From Podarcis pityusensis (Eukaryota): DNA of 64,000 bases. The notes under the pieces were generated by a model. The model saw only the letters and a program-made list of their open reading frames with translations. It searched no databases and was not told where the DNA came from. The stretch lies in assembly GCA_964106645.2 (NCBI GenBank), contig OZ067046.1. One strand, given 5' to 3'. The position numbers and the translations under genes are program-made. Below are positions 38,835 to 52,140 of the stretch, one piece after another; the first letter of the stretch is position 1, and every line of letters begins with the position of its first letter.

Positions 38835-40503
38835 TAATGGATTCAATATTTCCCATCTAAATTAAAGTTTGCCATTATCTGATGATTACAAACATTCATA
38901 GCCATGGATCCAATAAATTTCTGGGCACAACCTCCTAGATGTTCTTGGCATGATAATGTGGCAAGATTGCCATGACAATTCCTAGCCCTGTTTCCCTTGG
39001 TGTAATATATCTTCTGCAGCTTCTCAGACTATTTTCTACTAAATAGTCCCACTGTTAAACAGCACTGCTCCTTACAGGTTCGAAACAAAATAGTACTCAG
39101 TTTGGCCTTGAAGGGAAGGCACACAATGGAATGAGGCTGTCTCCCAGGCCACCCATCAGTGGGTGATTTGAGAGCAAGAAATGGTAGTCAAGGGGCCAAT
39201 CAGGCAGAAGCAAGCAAAGTAAAGACAGGGAGAAAGCATGAGCACAGAATAACCTGCTGCTCAAGAGTGAGCTGGAATTGGATTGCGCAATGTTTAGTTA
39301 GTCAGGGCCCTGCAGGGCTCAACAAGAGGAGTGTGAGACTGCAGAAACTGGAGACAGTAGCTGGATAAGATAACAAGGAATTCAGCAAGGGAGTATGACT
39401 CTGAGGTATAAGGAAAGTTGTCTCCAGGCCCAAGGCTGCTGGTTCAAATTCCAGTATGCTATTGTCTATGGAAACTTGGGGCATTGCTTCTTCTCACAGA
39501 CACCAAAGCAACCAAATTCTAAATCCTAGCTCAATTTGCAGTAAAGGGCAAAAGTTTGCATTTCGCCTAATTGCATTGTAAGATATAACCCACCCATTCT
39601 ATTCTTGATGTTACCATTGTCCTTACATGCTTCAGCTTTTCCACTGTACACATTCTTACCAAGCACAACCTTTTCTTTTAAAAAAAAAACCCAAAACAGG
39701 TTGATTGTATCCATTTTATGTTTTGTTTAAAAAAACACTCTTTGGATTCAGAAGTGGCTCACCAGTTGGGACGCAGCCACTTTGCTAGCTTCCTGGTAGG
39801 TGTGTTGCTGTTGCTTACTGGGAGGGACAAGGCAGTGGGGAGGTTGGTGTGGTGCAAACACACCAGCAGATTAGTGCCAACATCCCCACTGCCTCTCTCC
39901 TCCTCTCCCTCTGAGTAAGCAACAGCAGCCCATCTGCTAAGAAGCTGGTATAGTGGTTCCACCCCACCCAGCAAGTCACTCCTGCCTGTATTGCTATGGG
40001 ATGCTCCCAGATAGATATTTATTGGGGGATCAGTGCTGCTTAGGCAAAGTTTTTCACAGCATCCATACACATTGATTTCAAAATGCCAGCTTGCATCCCA
40101 CCACATTTAATTTAGATTTACCCTGTCTGAGATAATTCTGTTAAGTTGACATAACTTGTTGCCAATGACCTATTTGCAATATTAAATCCCCATTTGGAAG
40201 CATCCTTAGACTTTCACAATTCCTCTTATCTTTCTTTTGCCACAAGTAAGCTTACAAGCATTATCTGAAATTTTCCCTGCTCAACAAAAACTAAAGGACC
40301 ACTGTCCTATTTTTCTTTAGTTACCAATTCAGTATTGTCTACTTTTCATAAGATTTAATATACAAATAAACAGTTAACTTATTTAAAAGATAAGTTTTCA
40401 TGTTGTGATAAAAGGGAGACAAAAGCTTTTGGGGCTTTAGGACTGCATAACACATTGAATGCAGATGTGCTATATTAAGGATTCTTCATTTTTCACCCTA
40501 CAG

Positions 40504-40588
40504 GGCAGAAACAAGAATGTGGTCTCCGCAAATAACAGAAGATGGTAGTCCACATCCATTCAAAGTAAACTTGGAAGCTGAACCACAG
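40504..40588 (+). CDS. PDLIM3: PDLIM3 exon 3 ([28 protein letters not shown])
   Basis: ctacag/gtagca; 85 nt, phase 2-0. Confidence 0.95.
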
Positions 40589-40941
40589 GTAGCAAATCGC
40601 TTTAAATCAGCAGCATTCCCATTGTATTTTGCAGCAGCTTACTTATATTTTTATTATGTTTCCCAATGTCTAGTTAACCTCCTGTTAAACATAAGATATC
40701 TTAAAGCAGTACATCCCTATACTTTTGTATGAAAAACCATTGGAAGCTGTAAGATTCTTACATCTGTTCTGGACATGATCTTGAGCCATTAAATTCTTAA
40801 TACCTCACATGTTCCAGAGCCGAGTCCTGACACTGAAAACAGCTTCTAGGGAAAGGCCCCAAGGACCCCTGGTTAAATTTACCCATCCTCACTCACCTGA
40901 GTATCACACCTAACCCAAATAAGTCTACTGTCTTAACCCAA

Positions 40942-41254
40942 GCCACATCTGCACCATACATTACTGTATATCACTTGAACAGCCATGGCTTCTCCCAGAG
41001 AATCCTATGAATTGTAGTTTGTTAAGGGAGCTGAGAATTGTTCGGTGACCCCCTGCCCTCACAGGGCTACAATTCCCAGAGTTTCCTGGGAAGAGGGACT
41101 TATTGTTAAACCACACTGGGAATTGTAGCTCTGTGGGGAGAACAGGGGTCTCCTAACAGCAGCCTTAACAAGCTACAATTCCCAGGATTATTTGGGAGAA
41201 GCCATGACTGTTAGTGGTATAATAGTACTTTAAATGTATAATGTGGATGTGTCC
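40942..41254. mobile_element. Long palindromic MITE (possibly PIF/Harbinger-like)
   Basis: gccacatctgcaccatacatt...aatgtataatgtggatgtgtcc; nested inverted arms catggcttctccca/tgggagaagccatg; superfamily is an inference. Confidence 0.75.
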
Positions 41255-43094
41255 CCAAATTGAAATTTTAAAGTCTCAGAATTCTGAGGGAGTCTTATCT
41301 TCCTTGGTCAGGCAGAAACCCTCTACTGTATCCTCAGCCTGGTTGATTTACAGCCATCCTGGATGTAACACTGATGATGTAACTTTCTTAACAATGCATG
41401 CTTATGGTTAGTTAGTGTGTGACACTAAACGGATTACCCATTCGGGTAGTCATTATTCTAGATGAACTGATCTGAAGTAACTTGTGATATCTGTTAGGGG
41501 CACACCACACAGTGAGCTCGAATAGTAATAATATTTGGAAACTAAGGCATGCATAATAGAAATACTGCATTGTTTGAAATCTCAGTAACAAAATAATATG
41601 TCAAAATCAAAAATACTGAATTCATTTTACAATGCTGAAAATGGTCTTTTCAAACCACACATTTTAACCTATACAATGCCATCCTGATAAACAGGCCAAC
41701 TGGTTTGTTTGAGAATACTCTTCTGCTGCTTGTAAAATTCAAACAGTGTCCACCATTTAGAGCTATCTGTGTGATTATGCCCCTAACAGCTTTGTTGGGA
41801 CTTATAAATTATGTGCAGTGATTACTATTTAAATTTGGTCTTGAGTTCTCAGTGAATTTATCAGACAAATCAGCCAAATTTTAGAGGTTTATTCATACAA
41901 TAAATGCAAAAGCTGGACTGCTATTTTTTCTGTTGCTTGCTTTGCCATTTACACTTTGTGGACATGGTGATATTTCTAGAAACTAAAATTAACTCAAACT
42001 CATTGCAGCAATGATATACTTTTACAGGAAGACATTACAAATATGATGTTGTTATAATATGCACTCTTTCTGCACTTCCATCTGTAAACTAATCCCAGTT
42101 AAAAACTAGTTGATGATATATTTATCAAAGTTAATTTACATATAACATGGTTTCTGACTATATAGGATTTACTTGCATTCTTAGAAATGCACCTTGATTC
42201 CACAAGCACATTTACTTGGAAGTAGTCCCCACTGATAGTATAAACCTTTGCATTTATCAACCATCCCATTAGGTTGATATACCAAACAAGTGGAAATCCT
42301 GCTCAACCTGTCTGGCTTTTGAGATATTAACAATTATTTCCCTCATATTTTTAAGAATATTTTCTCAGCTATATGGACGAAGGGTGGGTGTTTGAATAAA
42401 AAAATACAACTGCAGCTTTTATTGTTAGGATGCTGATGTGCTAAATATGGCATGCTATGGGTTTGCTGCATTTGCTTCTAGCTACAGAATGTGCACAGCT
42501 GAAACATGTGGCTGAGTTTACAAGATATTTCAATGCCAGGTGTGCCCACACTATTTAAAGATTAGTTTACTAAATCAACCAAAATGACTCAAGCAAGTGA
42601 ATAGCCTCACTTAAGTAGGCTGTAGATCTAGGCTTTTGGTTTCAGTGGCACATTTGTCCTTTGACTTCAGTGATATTGGAAGCATTCTATTTAGAACTCC
42701 ACACTATGGTGTTTGCTTATATGCTGGGTCTTTTTCAGTTTAGTCTTGTCTACTTTTAGAACACTGATCTAGCGTGCGCGCACACACGCACGCACACATA
42801 TATATACCTATTATGTGTCCATGTCTTTTTTACTGAAGGTTAAGCTGATTTATGGCTGTGAGACTTTTCGAGCAAATATGCCTAGACGTTAATACATGTG
42901 GAAAATAGATGCATTAAAAAAAAATTAAATGGCTATTTAGCCTTTTCATTTCAAAAATTGCTGTGGGCTCTGCCAGACAGCTTCTTTATTTAGCATTAAT
43001 CTTGACTTGCTTGCACAAAGCTTATGCAGAAGTTAAGATTATATCTGGTCTTTATGGAGCATTTGTTCTGATGCGTTTGTGGGAGGATATACAA

Positions 43095-43413
43095 CAGGGG
43101 TCAGCAAATGTTTTCAGCAGGGGGCCGGTTCACTGTCCCTCCGAACTTGTGGGGGGACGGACTATATTTTTTGGGGGGAAATATGAATTCCTATCCCCCA
43201 CAAATATCCCAGAGATGCATTTTAAATAAAAAACACACATTCTACTCATGTAAAAACACCAGGCAGGCCCCACAAATCACCCAGAGATGCATTTTAATTA
43301 AAAGGACACATTCTACTCATGTAAAAACATGCTGATTCCTGGACCGTTTTTGGCCAGATTTAGAAGGCGATTGGGCCGGATCTGGCCCCCGGGCCTAAGT
43401 TTGCCTACCTATG
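43095..43413. mobile_element. hAT (Charlie-like) non-autonomous element with 8-bp TSD
   Basis: ATATACAA at 43087-43094 and 43414-43421; caggggtcagcaaa/tttgcctacctatg termini; internal ~65-bp direct repeat. Confidence 0.9.
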
Positions 43414-44549
43414 ATATACAACAAGGAGCATTCATCTTGATTTGCTTACAGGGTGTTTATACATCTTCCTGTGAATCATTTGCTTATTCCATGCTATTTG
43501 CCTATCACTTTCCAAACTGAAAAAATCAGATTTTTTTTTAATGGCTTTGTTGTGCTAGAGTACTTTGATCCACACTAATTGCACAAACCTAAATTTCCTG
43601 GAATGTGCTTGAATCCCTCCTGCAAAATATTATTAGGATTGTTTCAACAGTAGCCTCTAAGTGGTAAACAATGTTACAAAAAATTCAGTAAGCACAAATC
43701 TGGTTAAAACATAAAATCAGAAAATCTTAGTATTAAAATGCCTGCTAAAATAAGAAGTACCAGAAGTCAAACAGAGAGGGGACTGTTTGATCCCAGCCAG
43801 AAGCATATTCTGCAGAATTGGACCCACAATACTGAATGCATAGTTACGAACTGTGCATGTGAGCTATGGGGGATCACTAACAGTGACTCCCCCAAATACC
43901 TCAGCAATTAGGCAGGGATATAAGAAATTAGTGGTCCTTAAAATATCTGACCCCAATTGTTGTCTTGTAATTGTTGGGATTTGATTAGAGGCTAGGAGAG
44001 GATATATTTATTAGATTTTATCCTTCCTCACATTGTGGAGTTGAGCAGAGTGCCATTCCTTTGCCACTTAAAAGGGAGCTTGTATAAGCTAGTTTTAGCC
44101 TTTTAGTATTAACAAACCAGGGTGCTTTAAGGCAGACTGGATTTTCCTGATATTACCCACCTTTCCCTCCCCCTCAAATAATAACCACACAATAGGTTTT
44201 CTGGCAAAGTGAAAATAACATTTACTCACTCAGTCTACGTCTTCAAGAACAGCAGTTACGGCAGCAAAATGTAGGCAGGCTTAAAATGCTATTTAAGTTA
44301 CTAAGAGACATTAAAATCTAGCTTAGAGATGGAGTCTGAGCTGGAGGTTACAGGTATTGTAAGAAAAAAAGGTGTGCCCAGGAAGGGAGGAGCATACTAA
44401 GTTATACCTCTTCCTGTCAGGACACAAAAGGGAAGTGATCTCACAGACTTCTCTAGTAAGAACCGTAGGAAAACTCTATGAGCTTCAGCCCCTATTATGT
44501 GCCTTGCTAGAAAAACATGAATTTTTGATTTGACGGCTATAAATATCCT

Positions 44550-44800
44550 GCAGTAATTAATACAAGAACCTTGAACCTGGCCCAGTAATATATGGATAGC
44601 CAGCGCAAGCTTTTAAGCACTAGAGTCATGCGCTGGTGGTAGTTTGGCCCTACTGGCAATCCAGCTGCAGCATTTTGCACCAGCTGGAGCTTCCAGACTG
44701 GGCCCAATGTTGACTCCACAGAGAGCACTGCAATAATCGAAGTCTTAAAGTTACCAATGCCTTGTAGCCAGGGCAAGCTATCCATGTCCAAGACTGACTG
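44550..44800 (-). mobile_element. L2 LINE fragment
   Basis: Minus-strand ORF KLQLVQNAAA...LKSLRWLSI..ARFKVLVL. Confidence 0.8.
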
Positions 44801-45158
44801 AAAGTATCCTTTCACAGTTTAATCTGAAACATGTTTACTCTGACATAAATCCTACTGATTTAAATGGGACCTACTCCCAAATTAAATATGCATAGGATTG
44901 CAGGTTTCTGTTATTTAATCTGAGACAGAGAACCCCCTCCCCAATCCCTGATAACGTCTAGCAATCCAAACTATGTCATTACATGTGTAATGCAGAGTTT
45001 TGCCAATCCCATGTCCCTTTATTGGATGCAATTTGCAGGGACAAATAAATTTCAATGACAATGTGAGTTGACTCATATTGGGAATCCTAGAAGTTACTGG
45101 GGAAAACAGAAGGCATGGTGGCTGCTAATTTTGACTGCACCTCTTATGTAATATCTAA

Positions 45159-45518
45159 AGGTGAAGGTACCCCTGCCCGTACAGGCCAGTTGTGTCCGAC
45201 TCTAGGGTTGTGCGCCCATCTCACTTAAGAGGCCGGGGGCCAGCGCTGTCTGGAGACACTTCCGGGTCACGTGGCCAGCGTGATGAAGCTGCTCTGGCGA
45301 GCCAGCACCAGCGCAGCACACAGAAACGCCGTTTACCTTCCCGCTATAAAGCGGTACCTATTTATCTACTTGCACTTAGGGGTGCTTTCGAACTACTAGG
45401 TGGGCAGGAGCTGGGACCGAAAGATGGGAGCTCACCCCGCCGTGGGGATTCGAACCGACCATACGATCGGCAGGTCCTAGGCACTGAGGTTTTACCAACA
45501 GCGCCACCCGCGTCCCTC
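45159..45518 (-). mobile_element. Apparently full-length Sauria SINE with 14-bp TSD
   Basis: TATGTAATATCTAA at 45145-45158 and 45519-45532; minus-strand B-box-like ggttcgaatcc; CpG-rich. Confidence 0.92.
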
Positions 45519-45787
45519 TATGTAATATCTAATTACGGCCATATTTAAGCTACACAGCCAAATTTACAGTTTCTTCTACAAAAATTAGCAATGACATGTT
45601 ATTGTCTATAAGTATATATCCTCCCTATACTCCTCCATATATTTTCTATGGTGAAACACAGGATGCTTGCTTAGTAGTTTGCAGCAAGATGCGTTTCATT
45701 AATAAGTAGCAGCATTGCCAATTGTGCTTGTTATTGGCTTTAATGTGCATTGTAGCTTTGTGTATTTTGTCTGCCTGTTGTGCACAG

Positions 45788-45975
45788 GAATTCAAGCCCA
45801 TTGGTACAGCTCACAACAGAAGGGCCCAGCCTTTTGTTGCAGCAGCAAACCTCGATAACAAAAGACAGGTGGTGAGCTCTGCCTATAACTCTCCCATTGG
45901 GCTGTATTCATCTGGCAATATACATGATGCTCTTCATGGACAGCTACGGGGCCTTATCCCCAATTCACCTGCAAA
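45788..45975 (+). CDS. PDLIM3: PDLIM3 alternative exon 4 ([16 protein letters not shown]...YNSPIGLYS; ZM motif, 316-aa cardiac/smooth-type isoform)
   Basis: gcacag/gtaagt; 188 nt, phase 0-2; spliced CDS 951 nt. Confidence 0.95.
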
Positions 45976-46645
45976 GTAAGTAAGATGCTCTAAGATGGTC
46001 TTTTGCTGCAACATCTGTTTAACTGGCTTCATGGTCTCAAGTCCAGCTCTTGCTATTCTTTTTTCTTTCTTTCCTGATGCTCAAAATATACAAAGTGTTA
46101 TTCAAAAAATTTACCTCTAAAATGAATCTTCAAATAAGCAAGACCAATATTATAGACGTTTCTCTTTCAGAGGGTTGGCTACACAAGACATTATTATTAT
46201 TATTAAGCACATTCCAGCCAAAGCTAAATACTGAAGGCACATCCTATGTGCATGCACACACAAGATGCACACAGGAGCAAGCCCCATTGGTTTGACTTAC
46301 TTCTGAGTAAACATGGATAGGATCAGACTGCAAGTCTTATTGATTGCAACAGGCAATATAGAAAAATGGTGTGCAGCCTCATCCTATGTGTACACTGTGT
46401 TCAATGGGACATATTCCAAAGTACGTGAGTTTAGGCTTGTAGCCTAAAAAGTTAACTTTGGCTTGATTGTTCCTATTGTTCTCTTTTTCTCACAATAACA
46501 TCAGATGTATTAATGTTACTACTATATAACTTACAACTCAATAATTTACAACATGTATGTTAACTAATCTTTTCTGGAAGCAAATATGCTTGCTTAAGTT
46601 AAAAACAACAACAACCCTGTATTTCCTTTTCTTCTTCTTCTCCAG

Positions 46646-46713
46646 GACTTGGGCTACTTTGAACACAAGCATAACATTCGGCCCAAACCTTTCATAGTCT
46701 CAGGCCCAAGCAG
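46646..46713 (+). CDS. PDLIM3: PDLIM3 alternative exon 5 (DLGYFEHKHNIRPKPFIVSGPS; skeletal-type isoform)
   Basis: Strong pyrimidine tract plus ccag; AG|gttata; 68 nt, phase 0-2; not in the ORF track. Confidence 0.94.
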
Positions 46714-49700
46714 GTTATAACTTCTCTGTGTAATCTGTAACTGGGTGCATGGTGTTTTGTTTTTTAATGAAAACAGTAACAATGCTATTTCAGTATGTTG
46801 TAAAGCCTTCTAATGAATAAACGCTTGCTTTGCAGCACCTATAAATCTGAGATCAAATGCCATCAAATGCCAAAAGACACACCTGTTTCATTTGTCATGG
46901 AGAATAGTAGTGAAAAGGCACACTTTTTGTGCAATTATTGATCAAAGTCACAACAATCTACCAAGCAGTAATACGCCTGCAATCAGGTTAATTTCAACTG
47001 AACCTACATCAGAGAATTGTTTGGTGCATTAGAGATCAAAACTGAAATATCACACGTAACATTACTTATAGGGCTTTAAAATATGTAGTAATGTACATAC
47101 AAACAAACTACAACACCACTATAATGTTGAGCTAGAAGGGAGAATGAGAAAAGGAGGGAAGGACCTCATATGGAACCTCCACGGGCTAAGGCTATCCAGT
47201 GTACATCCAAGGACGCCAGTAGATAAGAACAAGATGGCACTCTTATGAAATAGAGCAGGGATAGTTTGATAGGGATGTTTCTGTCCTTTATGGAATGCTT
47301 AATGATCATTCTTATACAATTCTTCAATGCAGGATGTGATTTGAGGGTTGAAAATGGAGTGCTACATATGTTTATGTCCTGCAGGGAGCTGACCATTTTG
47401 CAGTTAATGTGTCATTAACAAATTGCACATCGGTACTCTCATTTTCTATTTCATAGGCAAATGATACTATTTTGTTTATTTGGTTAGATTGTTTTGCACA
47501 TCGCCTTTCATCTGAAAATCTTAGGAGTGGGTAGCAGTTAAATTCAGTAAAATACAGTTCACATCCGTACATACCATTAAAAACACAATAAAAGCAAAAT
47601 AAGTTACTAAATGTCAGTGACCATTCCCCCAAATCTAGATAAAAAAGCTACCTTTTGAGCTTTTTAGAGTAAGTGCCAACTGAATTTCAAGGGACAGGGA
47701 GTTTCAAAGCCAGGGTGCCACCACAGAAGCTGGCATGCACATCACCATGCCTAGTGCTGAAGCACTAATTGCGGGGCAGGGGCTGGTGCACAATTCGACT
47801 GCTGGGCAGAAGTCCAGGAGACCAACATCAGGTGGAGTGAGATATGATGACAGGTGGAACCACCTTCTGACTTTTTGTAGGCAAGAAGGCAGGCAGAGTG
47901 CCTCACTTGTAGTTTTATAAAACATTTAATGCGTCACCACGAATAGAAGTTATTAATATTGCAGTTGCTGTATAAGGGATTATTATTATGACCAGAATGT
48001 AATTGGAATTAATAAGATTTTGGAATGCAAAAATAAAGAAAATCATCAAACCATCAATTCTAGCATGCGGGGGGGGCCACCTTATCTAAATTATATAATT
48101 CAGTATTTAAACGATTGGAATTGGTAATTGTAGTATAAATTGGTATTGTTATAACGAGGCTATTATTGGATTGCAATTGAAAACTAATAAAAATTATTAT
48201 CAAGACAGGCAGGCAGAGAGAGACTGGCTGAGATCAGTGTGAGGTTGTTGGGGCAGTACCCCGTGTGCCCTAGGACCAGCGCCAACAGGCAATAGCTAAG
48301 GCCTCCCTCGCCAATCTCCCGAGTTGTGTTGTAAGAATAAGTTGTGTTGTGTTGCAAAGTATATAGTTCCATGCTGAGCATAATTTTTGAGTTTACATAG
48401 CAACATAAAATATCAGCTGGTGGGCATCTGAAATATTTTGCTAAATGCACTCCTTCTCCTGCAGCACTCGTGGGCAGTGCCCTATTGCTTCTAACAATAC
48501 CTGGCTGTTAACAGTGCACTTCAGCTTCTGGAGTTAACAGCATCATTATTGACAAGCTTTGCTCATGCTTTCCAAACATGGATCCTGGTTTTATTTCTGA
48601 GTAACAGTGTGTGGCTGTATGGCTATCCCCTTGTATGGATATTTAGCTTGAGTGATCTGGCAACTGTAAAGTTTCTTACTTGCTTTGGCACATGTGCAGC
48701 TCTTCTGGAATTCTTTGTCTTGCCTTTGATGGTAAGGAATGCACTTTTCTTAAGGCAGTTGACAACATGGTCCTACTTAAATTCCACATGGCATCCCTGA
48801 GGGAAGTTAGTTCAGTGAAAAAGGATCCATGATGTAGACAAAGCTGCCATTTAGCTGTGGGTGATATTTCCCTTTTTATAATATTTGTGACAATAAACAC
48901 CTGAAATTCAGAGAAAGATGACAAATAATGAATATTGTGAATGTCTGAAAACTCAAAGAGGTATCAGTAAATGCAGCAAATAATCTACATATGATTGCCA
49001 TCAGTCACTAAAAGTGGTGAATCAGAAATCTGGTTTCAATGTTCCCAAAATTTGGCATTGTGAATGTTCACCAAATTCAGGACATTAAGGTTCCAGTCCA
49101 ATAATTTTACACCCTTACAGTCTGGGAGGCAGTAATATGCACTGAAACCAGTGGTCTTACTTTTGAAAAAGGCATAGGATTGTTCTGTAAGGCTGCTGTC
49201 CTTTGCACACATGCAGAGTATAATTTCTTTCTGACGTAGCATGTTTAGTAGGATTATGCTGCTGTAGTATTTACATTAGTCCTACAGCATGTTTATCCAG
49301 AATTAAAACCTTATTATTTCTGTTATATTTCTGCTAAATAAGTCCACATCCTTAGAGTAGTTTCACATATCTTAAGAAATGTTAGTGTTGTCAATAGAGG
49401 ATGTGCAGCTGAACTGTCTGTTCACTCCCCACAGTTCCCGTCTAACAACTAAAAAGGGCACTTACACACCTCTCGTTCCCTGCTATGGGCGCCCCATGGG
49501 CATCTCACCATGGGAGAAATGTACAAGTTGCCCATTTATTTCTTGCCAATTGCCTCCTGCAATATTCAAAGTTACCCCTAAGCTCCCATTTTAAATTAAC
49601 TGTAGGTGATCAAGGGGGTTTCCATCTGTCTTAGTAAACCATGCTTAGGAGGCAAATCATGCCATATAACTATTATAGGGCTTGTTCACAGCTGAGCATT

Positions 49701-50716
49701 ATTTAGCTAGTAATCCACTCCCATCCCATTCGAATTAGACTCAAGTAGTCCACCCCACATATATCTGAATTTGTGCATAAAAATCTATTAAATAATAACA
49801 ATAAATAATAAATACATTAGGAGCAACTTGAGTCTTTCCTGTGTTTTTCCTCAGCTTCTCATTTGTTGATTCTATTGGTAATGTTCCAATGGCTTTTAAA
49901 TAGGTAAAGAAGGCACAGCTTTTCCTACCACAGTGAGATTTGTGTCACATAGCAATTCTGAACCAAGAAAAAAATATGTGGTCAACTGCTAATACATTCC
50001 TAGTCTATGTAGTTTGTGTCTTGGACCATTGAATATTTAAAATTGAGGACTCTAAATTAAAAACTGACAAAGAATGCATGCTTTTGTAATCCAAAACAAA
50101 TGCAAGAAGAAAATCTGACACGTCTGATTATTTCTGTGGCATCAAAGACTAAATAATTAACAGATCTTCAGACCTGCTGTATTAGCATACTGGTGCTTGG
50201 GATGACTTGTGGTGCCATTACCTCAATGTGTTCTTAGGAAACAGATTCCACTAGTGCTGTTGCAATGCTGCGGAAGCATCATAGTTATGCATTGGCACAA
50301 TACTGGAAATATCAGTATTATCTCACGAAGTTGTTATTTTATACATACGATTGGCAAGAGAAGTTTTAACTTCCAAAATTTCTTCTGATTCTGATTTACT
50401 GTTTGAATCTGGCCATTAACCTGTGCCATCCTTGATGTAATTATGTGCTGAAGGAGGTAGTATAAGACAAACAAACATTTGATGAACTATAAAACTTAGA
50501 AGTTTTGCATAATAGTTGTGATCTCTTTAAAATTATGGCAGATTATACTCAGTAGAAAAATACACAAAAGTTGTGTTTCATAAAATGTGTTTTTTCTTGC
50601 ATTTGATTCTTTTGGGCACTTTTGTCACTCTGGAGAATACTTCTGCTCCCTGTTATTCATCTTCTTTTCCTCTCTGGTTTGCATCACGTATTTTTGTGTA
50701 CTGGTTTTTGGCACAG

Positions 50717-50980
50717 TGTTTGCAGTACTCCTTCCGGTATTGACGGCGGCAGCGGACGTAGCACACCCTCTTCAGTTAGCACTGTTAGCACTATCTGTCC
50801 TACCGAATTGAAAGCTGCAGCTAAGATGGCCCCCAACATTCCTTTAGAAATGGAACTGCCTGGTGTCAAGATTGTACATGCTCAGTTTAACACACCTATG
50901 CAATTGTATTCAGATGACAATATTATGGAAACACTGCAGGGGCAGGTTTCTACAGCACTGGGGGAAGCCACCCCGATAAG
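50717..50980 (+). CDS. PDLIM3: PDLIM3 alternative exon 6 (CSTPSGID...QFNTPMQLYSDDNIMETLQGQ; ZM motif, 364-aa isoform)
   Basis: gcacag/gtaatt; 264 nt, phase 2-2; exons 1-3,5-9 sum to 1095 nt. Confidence 0.96.
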
Positions 50981-51290
50981 GTAATTCAAGCCACAATGTA
51001 TGGTTAGCTTATTTCTAAGGCATGAATAGTGCTGCCATTATTGTTGCTTTATTAGTCGTTAAGGCTTTTAAATATATCTAAACCATGCCAATTTGAAAGT
51101 CAATGTGAAATTCTGAAAGTCAATGCCTATTTAGTCATCAATTTCAGTGGGATAAAGACTGCCACCTTGGTGAAAATGTTCTATGGAAGATGTACAGATG
51201 GACAAAATGTAGCCTAAATTGAGAATTATTAGGAAAACTACTGTGTCATGCCAGGGAAATTAAAAATGAAGTTTGGTTAGGTTTCATATA

Positions 51291-52140
51291 CCGTATTCTT
51301 TGCACCATAACACTCACTTTTTTCCTCCTAGAAAGTAAGCGGAAATGTCTGTGCGTGTTATGGAGGGAATGCCTACGGGTGGCGGGGGGGGGATCTGCTG
51401 CAGTCGTGAGCAGAGGATCCATGGTTCCCCTTCCTTCCCTCCTCCGTGGCTCGATTTGAAACAGCAAAGCGGGAGAAGAGCCGCTGAGTGGGGAGGAGAG
51501 AGGGACAGAGACAGAGAGCCTGCTTCTTTAAAGGAGCAAAGCAGGAGAGGAGAGGAGCCGCTTACACAAGTGTAAGCGGCTCCTGTCCGGTTGGTTCCTT
51601 TAAAGCAAGCAGGCTCTCTGTTCCCCTCTCCTCCCCACTCAGCTTGCTACATAGCAGCAAAGTTTTTCAGCTCGCCAAGCCAGGGATGAGCGGGGAGGAG
51701 GAAGAAAAGCAGAGCTTGCTTGCTTTAAAGGAGCAAAGCGGGAGAGGAGAGGAGCCTTCTCCCCTTATACCCCTCTTCTTCATTATTAGCAGCATCCTTC
51801 TCCACCCACCCCACGCGTGCTCCTTCTCCCCTTAAACCCCTCTTCTGCATTATTAGCAGAATCCTTCTCCACCCACCCCACGCGTGCTCCTTATCTCTTG
51901 AGTGCTTTTCCTTCCCTCCCCACTTAAAACGTGTACAAAGCATGGATCCACATGGCTCCTCAAGATTTTTGCATTGGGCTACTCCAAACTCACTGTCAGA
52001 TCACATGTCTGTGGCCACAGCATGAACTACAAAAATCATACATCCACTGTTTCGTTTAGAATATTTTTTTTCTTGTTTTCCTCCTCTAAAAACTATGCGC
52101 GTGTTATGGTCGGGTACGTGTTATAGAGCGAAAAATACGG
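51291..52140. mobile_element. Mariner/pogo-like non-autonomous transposon (850 bp)
   Basis: TA|ccgtattctttgcaccataacac ... gtgttatagagcgaaaaatacgg|TA; internal direct and inverted repeats. Confidence 0.88.
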
